This document shows, one piece after another, positions 29,206 through 38,752 of a stretch of 64,000 nucleotides of DNA; the first letter of the stretch is position 1; each line of letters starts with the position of its first letter. The position numbers and the translations under genes were made by a program. The DNA lies in contig JAZNOM010000024.1 of the NCBI GenBank assembly GCA_045580835.1, forward strand, positions 410 to 64,409, read 5' to 3'. The notes under the pieces were generated by a model, which was not told the origin of the DNA, made no database searches, and worked only from the letters and a program-made list of their open reading frames with translations. Origin of the DNA: Eubacteriales bacterium. Lineage in GTDB: Bacteria > Bacillota > Clostridia > Oscillospirales > CAG-272.

Positions 29206-30882
29206 TTAAATATTTTTTCCTTCTTCAATAAGTTCTCTTGCGCTGACAAGCATATTTTCGCTGACAGTAACGCCGCCGAGAATTCTCGCAATCTCAGAAA
29301 CACGTTCTTCGCCGCAGATCTCTGTAACAGTTGTTTCAGTACGCTCACCCACCGCACTCTTTTTAATAAGCATATGCGTATTTGCAAGCGATGCAATCTG
29401 CGCAGAGTGTGTAACGCAAACGGTTTGTGCTATAGCCGCGCTCTCTTTAAGTTTGATACCTATTTTGCGCGCGGTCTTGCCCGAAACGCCTGTATCAACC
29501 TCGTCGTAAATCACGGTATGCACTCCGAACGCATCTGCAAAAACCGTTTTAACCGCAAGCATTATTCGCGCAAGCTCACCGCCGGATGCAATTTTTGAAA
29601 TGGGTCGCGGCTCCTCTCCTCGGTTTGCCGAAATAAGAAATACAACATCATCGGCACCGCTCGGCGAAAGTGCTTCGCTCTCGGTGACCGCGATATCAAA
29701 CACAACCTTTTCCATATCTAAAAACTCAAGTTCCGCAGATACAAGCGGAATAAGCTTTTTGGCAGCAGCTTTGCGGCTGACTGTGAGTTCAAAAGCAGCC
29801 TGACGAGCGTTTTCCTCCGCATCGCGGCACCTCTTTTGTGCGCTATCAAGTACACTGTCCATATCCGAAAGCTCCAAAAGTTCCTGCTTGGTTTTAGCAA
29901 GCAGTTCTACAAGTCCCGCTTCATCGGTGAGAAAATGCTTTTTCAGTTTGGCTATGGTATTGAGTCTGCTCTCTATTTTATCAAGTTTTGCAGTAGGGTC
30001 ATCACCGATATCGCCGGTAAAGTCATAAACAGTGTCAGCAATATCTTCGATTTCATACTTCATATCATTAAGCTTTACTGCAAGCTCTGCCGCTTCAGGC
30101 ACACTATCGGCAATCTGCAACAGTGCTGCCGCGGAGCGGTCTAAAATATATGCGGCGTTTGCTTTTTCCGAGCCTTTTAAGGCGCGGTAAACAAACGACG
30201 TTTGCTTTGAAATCTTTTCGGCATTGGCTACAATTTTCTTTTCGGCAATAAGTTTATCCTCTTCACCTACTTTGATTTTTGCACTTTCGAGAAGCTTTAC
30301 AGTATGCTTTAACTCCGCTTCTCTCTTTGATTTTTCATCATTCTTTGCTTTAAGTTCATTAAAAGTTTTCTTGGCTGTTTTCATTTCCTCATACTTTTGC
30401 AGATATGCCGAACGTATCGCCGAATTTTCTGCATAAGCATCAAGAAATGTAATATGATTTTCGTCTTCAAGCAATCTTAAACTGTCATTTTGACCGTGAA
30501 TATTGACAAGCATCGGTGCTATGGCGCGAACCGCCGAGGTGTTAACGGCACGTAAGTTTATCTTGCTTTGCGTTCTGCCGTCTGCACTCATAGTGCGGCT
30601 GATAAGCAGGTTGCCGTCCTCATCAATTTCAACATCATTTTCAGCAAGTTTTTTGATATCGGCATCGCTAAAGCCGCCGAACATTGCGCTGACAAGCGCC
30701 TTTTCCTCGCCGCTTCTAATAATGTCGCGCGAGGTTCTCGCGCCAAGCAAAAAGTTGATGCTGTCAATCAGAATTGATTTTCCCGCGCCGGTTTCACCGG
30801 TAAGGGCTGTGAAGCCTGCGCCGAAATCTATATCCACGCATTTTATAACTGCGATATTTTCAATATGCAGCGAATAAATCAT
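29206..30882 (-). CDS. recN: DNA repair protein RecN
   Basis: N-terminal Walker A LTGETGAGKSILIDS, long coiled coil, C-terminal ASGGELARIMLA and YDEVDTG. Confidence 0.96.
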   Translation of the reverse strand: MIYSLHIENIAVIKCVDIDFGAGFTALTGETGAGKSILIDSINFLLGARTSRDIIRSGEEKALVSAMFGGFSDADIKKLAENDVEIDEDGNLLISRTMSADGRTQSKINLRAVNTSAVRAIAPMLVNIHGQNDSLRLLEDENHITFLDAYAENSAIRSAYLQKYEEMKTAKKTFNELKAKNDEKSKREAELKHTVKLLESAKIKVGEEDKLIAEKKIVANAEKISKQTSFVYRALKGSEKANAAYILDRSAAALLQIADSVPEAAELAVKLNDMKYEIEDIADTVYDFTGDIGDDPTAKLDKIESRLNTIAKLKKHFLTDEAGLVELLAKTKQELLELSDMDSVLDSAQKRCRDAEENARQAAFELTVSRKAAAKKLIPLVSAELEFLDMEKVVFDIAVTESEALSPSGADDVVFLISANRGEEPRPISKIASGGELARIMLAVKTVFADAFGVHTVIYDEVDTGVSGKTARKIGIKLKESAAIAQTVCVTHSAQIASLANTHMLIKKSAVGERTETTVTEICGEERVSEIARILGGVTVSENMLVSARELIEEGKNI

Positions 30883-30900
30883 TCGCGCGCCTCCTTTATT

Positions 30901-31365
30901 TTATACTGAACGCATCATCTGCTTAAGTTTTTCGGAAACGTTCTTTGCTGCATCCTCGGATGTTAAAACGATTATTACGGTATCGTCACCGGCAACACAG
31001 CCAAGTATCTCAGGAGAATGGATTGCATCAATGCCCGAACCGATTGCGTTTGCAAGTCCCGGAAAAGTTTTAAGTACGATGATATTATTTGCATATGATA
31101 CCTTGATAATAGAATCAACCAATACTCCGGTAAACTTCGGTGCAGGATTGTTTTGTGCTACTCTGTCATGCGTAGCATAGCGGTAATTTCCTGTGCTGCC
31201 GATAATTTTGGTAAGTTTGAGTTCGCGGATATCGCGCGAAATAGTAGCCTGCGTTGTTTCAAAGCCGTATTTATTCAAATAGAAAATAAGCTCTTCTTGG
31301 GTTTCGATTTCAAACTCGGTTATAAGTTCAAGTATTTTGTCTTGTCTTTTACTCTTCACGGTCAA
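30901..31365 (-). CDS. argR: Arginine repressor
   Basis: 154 aa. R...I..LI........Q.EL...L...G...TQATISRD..EL winged helix, plus C-terminal GT.AGDDT-like core (CVAGDDTVIIV). Confidence 0.92.
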   Translation of the reverse strand: MTVKSKRQDKILELITEFEIETQEELIFYLNKYGFETTQATISRDIRELKLTKIIGSTGNYRYATHDRVAQNNPAPKFTGVLVDSIIKVSYANNIIVLKTFPGLANAIGSGIDAIHSPEILGCVAGDDTVIIVLTSEDAAKNVSEKLKQMMRSV

Positions 31366-31374
31366 TCCTCTTTT

Positions 31375-32250
31375 CTATTTTTTTAGTTCGTATTTGGAAA
31401 TCTTATTATTAAGCGTTTCAAAAAAGCCTTCATCTTTAAGCATAAGCATTTTCACAGTTTTGTCAGAGCGCTTTATTACAAGTTTTTCTCCACTGCAAAG
31501 CGGAGTAACCGACTCGCCGTCAATGGTAATGCTCCAGTTTTCGGCACGGTCATCACCGTTTACAATTTCGAGCGTTGAGTTGCCTGAAAAAACGGTAGGA
31601 CACGCATAACGGGAAATTGGGCAAATCGGCGTTGCACAGATACATTCAAGCGTGGGGTCAATCACGCTGCCCCCTGCCGCCATTGAATAAGCAGTCGAAC
31701 CGGTGGGAGTTGCAACAATCAAACCGTCAGCGCGAATGGTTCTTACGCTCTTTTTGTCAGCATAAAGGTCCATATCAATGCTGCGCGTATATCCTCCGCG
31801 GTTAATAACGACATCGTTAAGCGCTTCGCGAAGCGGTTCAACCTCACCGTTCACATGTGATATGTAAATTGAAAGCACCATGCGCTTTTCAAGTGCGTAT
31901 TCGTCTTTAAAAATTTTATCAATCAGCTCAAGTTCATCTTTTTCAAGCTCTGCCATGTAGCCGAGTCTGCCGAGGTTTACACCTAGGAGCGGAACATCAA
32001 ACTTAAGTGCGTTTTCTGCAGCGCGTAGAATTGTGCCGTCGCCGCCCAGCGCAACTATAAGCTCGCAGTTTTCGTAAAGCTTATCTCCGTCGGCAAACTG
32101 CGCACCGCTTGAATAAGCGCTACCCTGATGCTTTTTATCCATCCATACCTCGGCGCCGTTTGAAAGAAAACGAAAAACGGTTTGCAAAGTATAAAGTTCA
32201 TCTTTTTCACTTCGGATAACCGGGGAAACCACAACTCGTTTCATAAGCAC
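31375..32250 (-). CDS. nadK: NAD+ kinase
   Basis: LGGDGT.L.A (GGDGT motif), NDVVI, ATPTGSTAYS.AAGG. Confidence 0.93.
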   Translation of the reverse strand: MLMKRVVVSPVIRSEKDELYTLQTVFRFLSNGAEVWMDKKHQGSAYSSGAQFADGDKLYENCELIVALGGDGTILRAAENALKFDVPLLGVNLGRLGYMAELEKDELELIDKIFKDEYALEKRMVLSIYISHVNGEVEPLREALNDVVINRGGYTRSIDMDLYADKKSVRTIRADGLIVATPTGSTAYSMAAGGSVIDPTLECICATPICPISRYACPTVFSGNSTLEIVNGDDRAENWSITIDGESVTPLCSGEKLVIKRSDKTVKMLMLKDEGFFETLNNKISKYELKK

Positions 32251-32251
32251 C

Positions 32252-33022
32252 TCAATTAATAAGCAAATCTATATTGCAGTCTTTAGGCGGCAACGCACCG
32301 CCGCGTGAAAAGCATGCGAGATATTCGGTATTTCCGTCACCGCCTTTTATGGGTGACTTAATAAGTCCGCAAAGGTCAAATCCGTTTTCTTTTGCCGAGT
32401 CAACCACCTTGCGGACCGCCATAGCGCGGGATGCGGGATTTTTTACAATGCCTCCTTTTCCCACGGCTTCTCTGCCTGCCTCAAACTGCGGTTTTACAAG
32501 GCTTACAAAAACCGATTTTTCGGCTAAAACCGTGGCAAGTGACGGAATTATCAATGTTTGCGAAATAAACGAAACATCCATAACGGCAATTTCTATTACA
32601 TCGTCAAAGTCGCTTTTTTGAAGATTTCTTGCATTGTATTTTTCCATTGAAATAACGCGATTATCGTCTAAAAGCTTTTTTGCAAGTTGATTTATGCCGG
32701 AGTCAACCGCGTACACCTTTGCGGCACCTTGCTCAAGTAAATACTCGGTAAAGCCGCCGGTAGATGCGCCGACATCAATAGCAACCTTGCCGCGTGCAGT
32801 AAGACCAAACTCCTCAAACGCCGCCTTGAGCTTAAGCGCACCGCGGCTGACATATCCAATAGGGTCGCCGCTGACTTCTACTTTGTCGCCGTCGTTTATA
32901 TCCATTGCAGGCTTTGCAGCAATTTTGCCGTTAACGCTTACGCAGTTACCTGCAATAAGCACCTTGGCGCGCTGACGGCTATCGGCATAGCCGTTTGAAG
33001 TTAAATATACATCAAGTCTCAT
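32252..33022 (-). CDS. tlyA: TlyA family rRNA 2-prime-O-methyltransferase (hemolysin A family)
   Basis: N-terminal S4-like domain (RLDVYL...SR..A..LI..G.V.VNG), YVSRGALKL, DVGASTGGFT SAM motif. Confidence 0.92.
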   Translation of the reverse strand: MRLDVYLTSNGYADSRQRAKVLIAGNCVSVNGKIAAKPAMDINDGDKVEVSGDPIGYVSRGALKLKAAFEEFGLTARGKVAIDVGASTGGFTEYLLEQGAAKVYAVDSGINQLAKKLLDDNRVISMEKYNARNLQKSDFDDVIEIAVMDVSFISQTLIIPSLATVLAEKSVFVSLVKPQFEAGREAVGKGGIVKNPASRAMAVRKVVDSAKENGFDLCGLIKSPIKGGDGNTEYLACFSRGGALPPKDCNIDLLIN

Positions 33023-33900
33023 CAGTTTTTACGGTTGAGCAACATCTCTGCAAGTGCGATAAGTGTTTTGGAATTTTCATACGGACGAATCGCCGCACAT
33101 GCTTCTTCCGTCACCTTTTTTGCGTAGTCCAGCGCCTCATTTGCACTCATAAAAGAAAGGAATGTTGTCTTTTCGTTTTTTGCATCGCTGCCCACAGGCT
33201 TTCCAAGTTCTTCTGTACTACCGAATGTATCGAGAATATCATCTATAATCTGAAATGCAAGTCCTACACCTGCGCCGTATGTATCCGCCGCTTTTATCGC
33301 AGTTTCATCGGCATTTGCGGCAATTGCACCAAGCTTTGCCGCCGCCCTTATAAGACAACCGGTTTTATGTGCGTGAAGCGAAAGAAGCTCATCAAAGCCA
33401 AGCTTTTTACCCTCGCCCTCAAGGTCAATCATCTGTCCTTCGCACATACCGTCAGCACCCGACTTAACAGCAAGTTCTTTTACCGCGGCAAGTTTGTTTT
33501 CAGCAGTTGCATGCTCGTTTGACATTGCACATTCAAATGCCAAAAATACCATAGCATCACCTGCAAGGAGTGCAGGTGCTTCACCAAAAACCTTATGGTT
33601 TGTCGGCTTGCCTCGGCGAAGGTCATCGTTGTCCATACACGGCAGATCATCGTGAATAAGTGAAAAAGTATGCACCATTTCGATTGCCATTGCGTAAGGC
33701 ATTGCCGCATCGACGCTACCGCCAAACATCTTGCAAAACTCAAGTGTCAAAAAGGGACGGATGCGTTTACCGCCACACATAAGACTGTATTCCATCGCCT
33801 TATAAAGCGTGGTGCTTTTACGCTTTGAGAGAAAACAATTAAGCGACTTTTCTACAAGCGCGGCGTTTTCTGCGATTGTTGTTTTGATGTCGCGCATCAT
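33022..33900 (-). CDS. ispA: Polyprenyl (farnesyl / geranylgeranyl) diphosphate synthase
   Basis: FARM LIHDDLPCMDNDDLRRG. SARM FQIIDDILD. GKRIRP. Confidence 0.93.
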   Translation of the reverse strand: MMRDIKTTIAENAALVEKSLNCFLSKRKSTTLYKAMEYSLMCGGKRIRPFLTLEFCKMFGGSVDAAMPYAMAIEMVHTFSLIHDDLPCMDNDDLRRGKPTNHKVFGEAPALLAGDAMVFLAFECAMSNEHATAENKLAAVKELAVKSGADGMCEGQMIDLEGEGKKLGFDELLSLHAHKTGCLIRAAAKLGAIAANADETAIKAADTYGAGVGLAFQIIDDILDTFGSTEELGKPVGSDAKNEKTTFLSFMSANEALDYAKKVTEEACAAIRPYENSKTLIALAEMLLNRKN

Positions 33901-34136
33901 TTTGCGCCTCCTGCAAAATCGGTTTCGGTTAAACTTCCGTCCTCTCCTTTAGCAAGAAGTTTGACCTTTTGTTCGGCACCTTCGAGCTTTGCATTGCAGA
34001 GTTTCACAAGTGAAATTCCCTCTTCAAAAAGCCCGAGAGAATCGTCGAGTCCTGCACTGCCGCCGTCAAGCGCGCGTACTATTTCTTCAAGGCGAGCCAT
34101 CGCCTCTTCAAACGATTTTTCTTTTTTATCTGCCAT
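33897..34136 (-). CDS. xseB: Exodeoxyribonuclease VII small subunit
   Basis: 79 aa. FEEAM.RLEEIV..L......L..SL.LFEEG pattern. Overlaps ispA by 4 nt. Confidence 0.9.
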   Translation of the reverse strand: MADKKEKSFEEAMARLEEIVRALDGGSAGLDDSLGLFEEGISLVKLCNAKLEGAEQKVKLLAKGEDGSLTETDFAGGAK

Positions 34137-34147
34137 AATAATTCTCC

Positions 34148-35380
34148 TTAATTTACAGTTGCGGCAACCGAGCCGTCAGCAAGGCGAAGCGAAAGTTTGT
34201 CGCCTGCATTAACATCGTTTACAGACTTTACAACCTTACCGTCTTCCTTTGCCGCCACCGAGTAGCCGCGTGAAAGTATGCCAAGAGGGCTTAATGCTTC
34301 AAGAGAAGCTGTGCGCTGTGCAAGCAGACTGCGGTCTGCCGTAAGCTTTGCGCCAATCGAGCCTTCGAGCTTCTGACCCAACATCAAAAGTTGCATTTTG
34401 CGTTCCTCAAACATCCTTTCGGGATATGCAAAAACGCCCTGCGTTTTATAAAAGTCAAGTATCTGCTTGCCGCTTTCTATTCTGCGAGTTAAAAGTAATG
34501 ACATTCTGCCGATTATGTTGTCAATCTTATGCATAAGCTCATGCGTTTCGGGTACGGCAAGCTCTGCCGCCGCAGACGGTGTCGGCGCACGGCGGTCTGC
34601 AACAAAGTCGCAGATAGTAAAGTCGGTTTCGTGTCCGACCGCTGAAATAGTCGGAATCTGCGACGCCGCAACCACTCTTGCAAGCGCCTCGTCATTAAAC
34701 GCCCACAAATCTTCAATCGAGCCGCCGCCGCGACCTATGATGATAACATCAACATTTTTTTGCGAGTTAAAGTAATTCATACCGTCAATAAGCGACGGTG
34801 CCGCCACTGCGCCTTGCACAAGCGCAGGATAAAGAATAACCTTGGCATACGGGAAACGTCTGCCGAGGATATTTATAATATCGCGTATTGCCGCGCCGGT
34901 GGGAGAGGTAATTACACCGATGCGAGTCGGAATTTTGGGCAGCGGCTTTTTGCGTGCTTCATCAAAAAGCCCCTCTGCGGAAAGCTTCTTTTTTAGTTGC
35001 TCAAACGCAAAGTAAAGCGCGCCTATTCCGTCAGGCTCCATGGCATCGCAATAAAGCTGATACTGACCGTCACGCACAAACGCCGATACTCTGCCGCGCG
35101 CAACAATTTTCATTCCGTTTTCGGGAACAAAGTTGATTTTCGATGCCGCACTTCGGAACATCACCGCTTTGATAAGTGAGCCTTCATCCTTTATGGTGAA
35201 ATAAAAATGTCCCGTCTTATAGTGATTGGTAAAGTTTGAAATCTCACCCTTTACCGCAACATGCGAAAGAAATCCGTCAGAGTCAATCTTTGCTTTTATA
35301 TATTCATTAAGCTGGGTTACAGTTATTGCACTGTCACCTTGCTCGGTAGGTGTTGTGAAAATCTCATCAAAGACACCCAT
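34148..35380 (-). CDS. xseA: Exodeoxyribonuclease VII large subunit
   Basis: V.GEISNF..H..GH.YF..KD OB fold, P..I.VITSPTGAA..D, RGGGS.EDLW.FN.E. Confidence 0.94.
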   Translation of the reverse strand: MGVFDEIFTTPTEQGDSAITVTQLNEYIKAKIDSDGFLSHVAVKGEISNFTNHYKTGHFYFTIKDEGSLIKAVMFRSAASKINFVPENGMKIVARGRVSAFVRDGQYQLYCDAMEPDGIGALYFAFEQLKKKLSAEGLFDEARKKPLPKIPTRIGVITSPTGAAIRDIINILGRRFPYAKVILYPALVQGAVAAPSLIDGMNYFNSQKNVDVIIIGRGGGSIEDLWAFNDEALARVVAASQIPTISAVGHETDFTICDFVADRRAPTPSAAAELAVPETHELMHKIDNIIGRMSLLLTRRIESGKQILDFYKTQGVFAYPERMFEERKMQLLMLGQKLEGSIGAKLTADRSLLAQRTASLEALSPLGILSRGYSVAAKEDGKVVKSVNDVNAGDKLSLRLADGSVAATVN

Positions 35381-35393
35381 CTGCTTCTCCTAT

Positions 35394-36344
35394 CTATACT
35401 CTGTTTTGTAAATATTTCTGTCTTGCAAGTTCGGCTATGCCAACTGCATTGTCCGACGAAAGCGCAGGCTCGGCAAAATACACATTGCCCAAAGTTTGGA
35501 GCATTTTATGTATTTTTTTGTTGCTCATAACGCCACCTGCAAACACTATTGGAAGTTCACCGTATTTCACTCTTACGTCTTCAGCCATTTTAAAAAGCGT
35601 TCTTCCTACAAAATCAAGCACAAACGCGCTGGTTTTCGCCTTATCTCCGCTTTCTCTGTACACCTTTGCCGCGAGGTTTTCAAGTCCTGAAAGGTTGCAA
35701 AAGCCATCAACTACACTGATTTTTGCTTTTTGAACCTTGCCTGCATAATTCTCTGCTTCATTTTCAATATGCACTCCGCACGGAAACTGCATGCCCATCA
35801 TAACTCCGGCACGGTCAATCGCCTGACCTGCGTTAAGGTCGCGAGTACCGCCGACAATCTGTGTGTTAAATCCGTCACCGCCGCGATTGCAAAGCAAAAC
35901 CTCGGTTGTGCCGCCCGAAACATGAAATGCAATAAACTGTTCATCTGCAACGTGCCACGCATCTGCCGATGTAAGCGCCGCTGCGATGTGTCCGCACTGA
36001 TGTGAAAATGCGTACGCGTCAATTTTTCTGCCAGCCTTAAACGCAAGTGCCGCATCCATACCGCAAAGGAAACACGGCATATACGAGCCTTCAACATTGC
36101 GCGGCTTTGCCGAATAACCTATGGCGCTCACCTCGTGCAAGGCGAGTGCCTCATCTGCACTTTCAAGTATCTCGGGGAGATTTTTGATATGCGCAAACAC
36201 GGCATCGCTCTGGCGAAGTCCGCATTCCCCTGCATTTACCGGCAAGAGTTTTTTAATATTGGCAACCACCTTGCCGTCTTCATCTACTATACCAAACGAA
36301 GTTGTATAGTTGCTTGTGTCAATACCGACAAAGCATCTGCTCAT
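35394..36344 (-). CDS. TsaD/Kae1/Qri7 (glycoprotease M22, ASKHA fold) family paralog
   Basis: 316 aa. GIDTSNYTTS at the N-terminus, H..GH metal motif (SHQCGHI), FHVSGGTTE, FAGGV.SN. Overlaps nusB by 4 nt. Confidence 0.7.
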   Translation of the reverse strand: MSRCFVGIDTSNYTTSFGIVDEDGKVVANIKKLLPVNAGECGLRQSDAVFAHIKNLPEILESADEALALHEVSAIGYSAKPRNVEGSYMPCFLCGMDAALAFKAGRKIDAYAFSHQCGHIAAALTSADAWHVADEQFIAFHVSGGTTEVLLCNRGGDGFNTQIVGGTRDLNAGQAIDRAGVMMGMQFPCGVHIENEAENYAGKVQKAKISVVDGFCNLSGLENLAAKVYRESGDKAKTSAFVLDFVGRTLFKMAEDVRVKYGELPIVFAGGVMSNKKIHKMLQTLGNVYFAEPALSSDNAVGIAELARQKYLQNRV

Positions 36345-36745
36345 TTTGCAAGTTCCTCTTTAACGGAATTGAGAACTCCGTTTACAAAGCCTTTTGTCTT
36401 TTCATCGTCATACGCCTTGATAAGCTCCACCGCCTCGTTTATAGCAACGCTTGCGGGAATCGAGTCGATATAAAGCATCTCATAAATCGCAATTCGCATA
36501 ATAGACTTTGCAACCTTGGCAATACGCGAGAGTTTTCTGCCCTTTGCATATTTTTCAATATATGCGTCAATCTCCTCGGACTTTTCAACAATTCCGAAAA
36601 AGACCGTCTTTATATACTCATTTTCTTCAATGCCGCGAGCCGCAAGTGCATTTGCATACAACTCGTTTTTATCCTCGTAGCATCCGTATTCATTCTCAAA
36701 AACGAGGCCAAGCACAGCCTCTCTGGATTCGCGTCTGTTAAGCAT
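36341..36745 (-). CDS. nusB: Transcription antitermination factor NusB
   Basis: 134 aa. RR.SRE....L...E pattern, A.NEAVEL.K.....K...FVNGVL. Confidence 0.92.
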   Translation of the reverse strand: MLNRRESREAVLGLVFENEYGCYEDKNELYANALAARGIEENEYIKTVFFGIVEKSEEIDAYIEKYAKGRKLSRIAKVAKSIMRIAIYEMLYIDSIPASVAINEAVELIKAYDDEKTKGFVNGVLNSVKEELAK

Positions 36746-36906
36746 ATTTTCTCCGTTCTTCGTGTGTAAAATATTTATACTTATCTAAATATATATTATA
36801 TAATATATATTGCATAATGTCAATGAATATTTATTAACAAAACGGCTTGAAATGCATACAAAAATGTGTTAGAATTACTTTATGAATTTTTCGGAGGACT
36901 TTATTA

Positions 36907-37320
36907 ATGAACAAGCTTAAAAGATTTCTCACCGATTCATGCATACTTTTCACAGTTTTTGTATTTATTTTATACATAGCAGGTCACGCGCTTGTGTCAA
37001 CATCAATTACCATCACACTTAAAACAGCGGCGGGACTCTATTTATGTTGTATGTTTCTCCGCGTGTTCCACAATGTGCTTCACTTAAAGAAGCTGCCAAT
37101 GCTGCTTCGTGTTTTGATACATTATCTGCTCGTGGTAGCCGCCGCATACATCGGCTTTGCACTGATTGCCAAAATCGTTTCAAATTCGCTTCAAACCTTC
37201 ATAATGCTCGCCATCGTTACGGCAATTTATTGCACAATTACCGCAGCTATTATGCTTATCGCAAGCAAGAGTAAAGAAAAGAGTAACGAACAGAAAGAAT
37301 ACAAGTCTATATTAAAATAA
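36907..37320 (+). CDS. Hypothetical 4-TM membrane protein
   Basis: 137 aa. About four hydrophobic segments and a charged C-terminal tail (SKSKEKSNEQKEYK). No family recognised. Confidence 0.55.
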   Translation: MNKLKRFLTDSCILFTVFVFILYIAGHALVSTSITITLKTAAGLYLCCMFLRVFHNVLHLKKLPMLLRVLIHYLLVVAAAYIGFALIAKIVSNSLQTFIMLAIVTAIYCTITAAIMLIASKSKEKSNEQKEYKSILK

Positions 37321-37357
37321 ACGACGTACAAAGCAAACTATAATTTGCAGGTGCTTT

Positions 37358-38104
37358 ATGCGTAATTTAGAGTTTTTGCTTACGGCTTGCTTTTTTATGT
37401 TTTGCATTGCCGTGTTTCCCCTACAAAACGAACACCTGTACACAAGAAATGATGTACAGGTGTTTTCTTATACTTCGGCTCAAAAAGAGGTACTCCTCGG
37501 CGAAACCGAGCACGGCGGCGCAGAATACCTTAACAAGCTTGTTTTTCTCGGTGACTCACGCACATACGGGCTAAAATCCTTTGCAATGCTTTGCGGCGGC
37601 GAGAATACAAATCAAGTATGGACTCCCAAAAACGGCACGATGTCGATTTGGGATATGCAATTTCAAAAGGTTGTGTATCCGCAAAACGGCAAAGAACTTA
37701 CTGCCGCCGAAGCCGCAGCACTTGAAAAGCCTGAAATACTTATAATTTCGCTCGGAATAAACGGGGTTAAAATAGTAAAAAAGGATTATTTTATATCCGA
37801 GTATGCAAAGCTTATCAAGTCAATAAAACTGGCAAGTCCCGATACAAAAATAGTGTTGCAATCCATGTTTCCGGTATGCCGCTCGTATACCGCGATAAGC
37901 AATACCGAGATTAGCGAGGGCAACAAATGGATAATCGAGGTCGCAAAGCAAACGAATAGTTTTTATCTCAACACCGCAGAAGCTTTATGCGATGCGGAGG
38001 GGTACCTCAAAGAAGAGTATTCTACCGACGGTTGCCATCTGACCCCGCTCGGTCTTGATGTGCAAATTGAATATATATGTACTCACACCGTAGGAGAAAT
38101 GTGA
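37358..38104 (+). CDS. SGNH/GDSL-family hydrolase, N-terminally anchored
   Basis: N-terminal TM or signal helix. Block I FLGDSRTYG (GDS). Block III SLGING. Block V DGCHLT (DxxH). Confidence 0.8.
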   Translation: MRNLEFLLTACFFMFCIAVFPLQNEHLYTRNDVQVFSYTSAQKEVLLGETEHGGAEYLNKLVFLGDSRTYGLKSFAMLCGGENTNQVWTPKNGTMSIWDMQFQKVVYPQNGKELTAAEAAALEKPEILIISLGINGVKIVKKDYFISEYAKLIKSIKLASPDTKIVLQSMFPVCRSYTAISNTEISEGNKWIIEVAKQTNSFYLNTAEALCDAEGYLKEEYSTDGCHLTPLGLDVQIEYICTHTVGEM

Positions 38105-38105
38105 T

Positions 38106-38573
38106 ATGAAGAAGCTTTGTATTTTATTGGTTTTCTGCTTTTTGTTTACGGCATGCTCGGCGGTAAAGGATGATATGCCCGTGCAGCTTCTTGCTATGTC
38201 TATAGGCAAAAAAATAAATGGCTTTGAAAACCTCGCCGAGGCAAGCTCGGATTACATAAAATATTGCATGAACAGCGATTTGTCGCTTTATTCGGAGTAT
38301 ATAGTTCTATACCCGTTTGCAGGCACAAAGTATAATGAAATCGGCATTTTTAAGGTGAGAGACAAAGGAGAAATCCAAAACGGAATCAAAGAAGTTGAAA
38401 AATACCTTTTGTTTAAAAAATCCAACTGGGACACACGATATATGGGAGAAGAATTTGATAAAATAAAAAACGCAAAAGTGACCGCTTATGGAAACTATAT
38501 TCTATATACGATACTCTCGGAAAACGAAGCTAAAACTGCTATAAAAAACTTTAAAAAAATGCTATCAAGATAA
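38106..38573 (+). CDS. Lipoprotein, probably DUF4358-like
   Basis: Lipobox LLVFCFLFTAC-S. 155 aa. Immediately follows the SGNH gene with a 1-nt gap. Confidence 0.6.
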   Translation: MKKLCILLVFCFLFTACSAVKDDMPVQLLAMSIGKKINGFENLAEASSDYIKYCMNSDLSLYSEYIVLYPFAGTKYNEIGIFKVRDKGEIQNGIKEVEKYLLFKKSNWDTRYMGEEFDKIKNAKVTAYGNYILYTILSENEAKTAIKNFKKMLSR

Positions 38574-38597
38574 AAGGCAGCCTTGGCTGCCTTTTTA
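38572..38597 (+). terminator. Rho-independent terminator after the lipoprotein gene
   Basis: GGCAGCC/GGCTGCC stem followed by TTTTT. Confidence 0.75.
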
Positions 38598-38599
38598 TA

Positions 38600-38628
38600 T
38601 TGACATACGGCTGTGTCTGTGTTATAAT
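38600..38628 (+). promoter_or_regulatory. Consensus sigma-A promoter of the GNAT-MATE leader
   Basis: TTGACA, 17-nt spacer, TATAAT: a perfect match in both hexamers. Confidence 0.75.
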
Positions 38629-38634
38629 GCAAGC

Positions 38635-38752
38635 GATCATCGGAGGACAGTACACCGTAGTGTTGGGGAGCAATTTATTTGCGGCCGCCTGTCGGATAAG
38701 ATGTCGAGTGAGCTCGGTTATTACGCTTTTTCGTAATGCCGAGTATTTTTAT
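38635..38752 (+). promoter_or_regulatory. Structured 5-prime leader (candidate riboswitch or attenuator, class unassigned) ending in an intrinsic terminator
   Basis: Predicted by hand. P1: CATC(38638-41)/GATG(38700-03) plus GACAG(38646-50)/CTGTC(38689-93). Hairpin ACAC-cgta-GTGT (38652-63). Hairpin GCAA-tttat-TTGC (38670-82) extended by G/C pairs. Terminator CTCGG-TTA-TTACG-cttttt-CGTAA-TG-CCGAG followed by TATTTTTATT (38713-38752). The GNAT start is 14 nt downstream. Confidence 0.55.

Noticed and set aside
36779-36806. dif-like sequence ACTTATCTAAATATATATTATATAATAT, matching the B. subtilis dif site (recalled from memory) at 20 of 28 positions.
   Set aside because: Most matches fall in the AT-only central part of an AT-rich promoter region. 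Both Xer-binding arms carry several mismatches. The flanking genes diverge here, whereas convergence is expected at a terminus.
36746-36906. AT-rich 160-nt divergent region between nusB and the 4-TM protein gene, with a 9-nt direct repeat AATATTTAT. Considered as a possible origin-like or invertible element.
   Set aside because: No DnaA boxes (TTATCCACA-like), no flanking inverted repeats and no nearby recombinase. It is most simply two back-to-back AT-rich promoters.
38641-38700. Partial resemblance of the leader to glycine (GGAG...CACCG...GGGGAGCAA) and yybP-ykoY (GGGGAGCA) riboswitch cores.
   Set aside because: Only short fragments match. The remaining conserved elements, such as the CUCAGGCAAAAGGAC-like segment of glycine aptamers and the four-way junction of yybP, are absent. 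The downstream genes (GNAT, MATE) do not fit either regulon.
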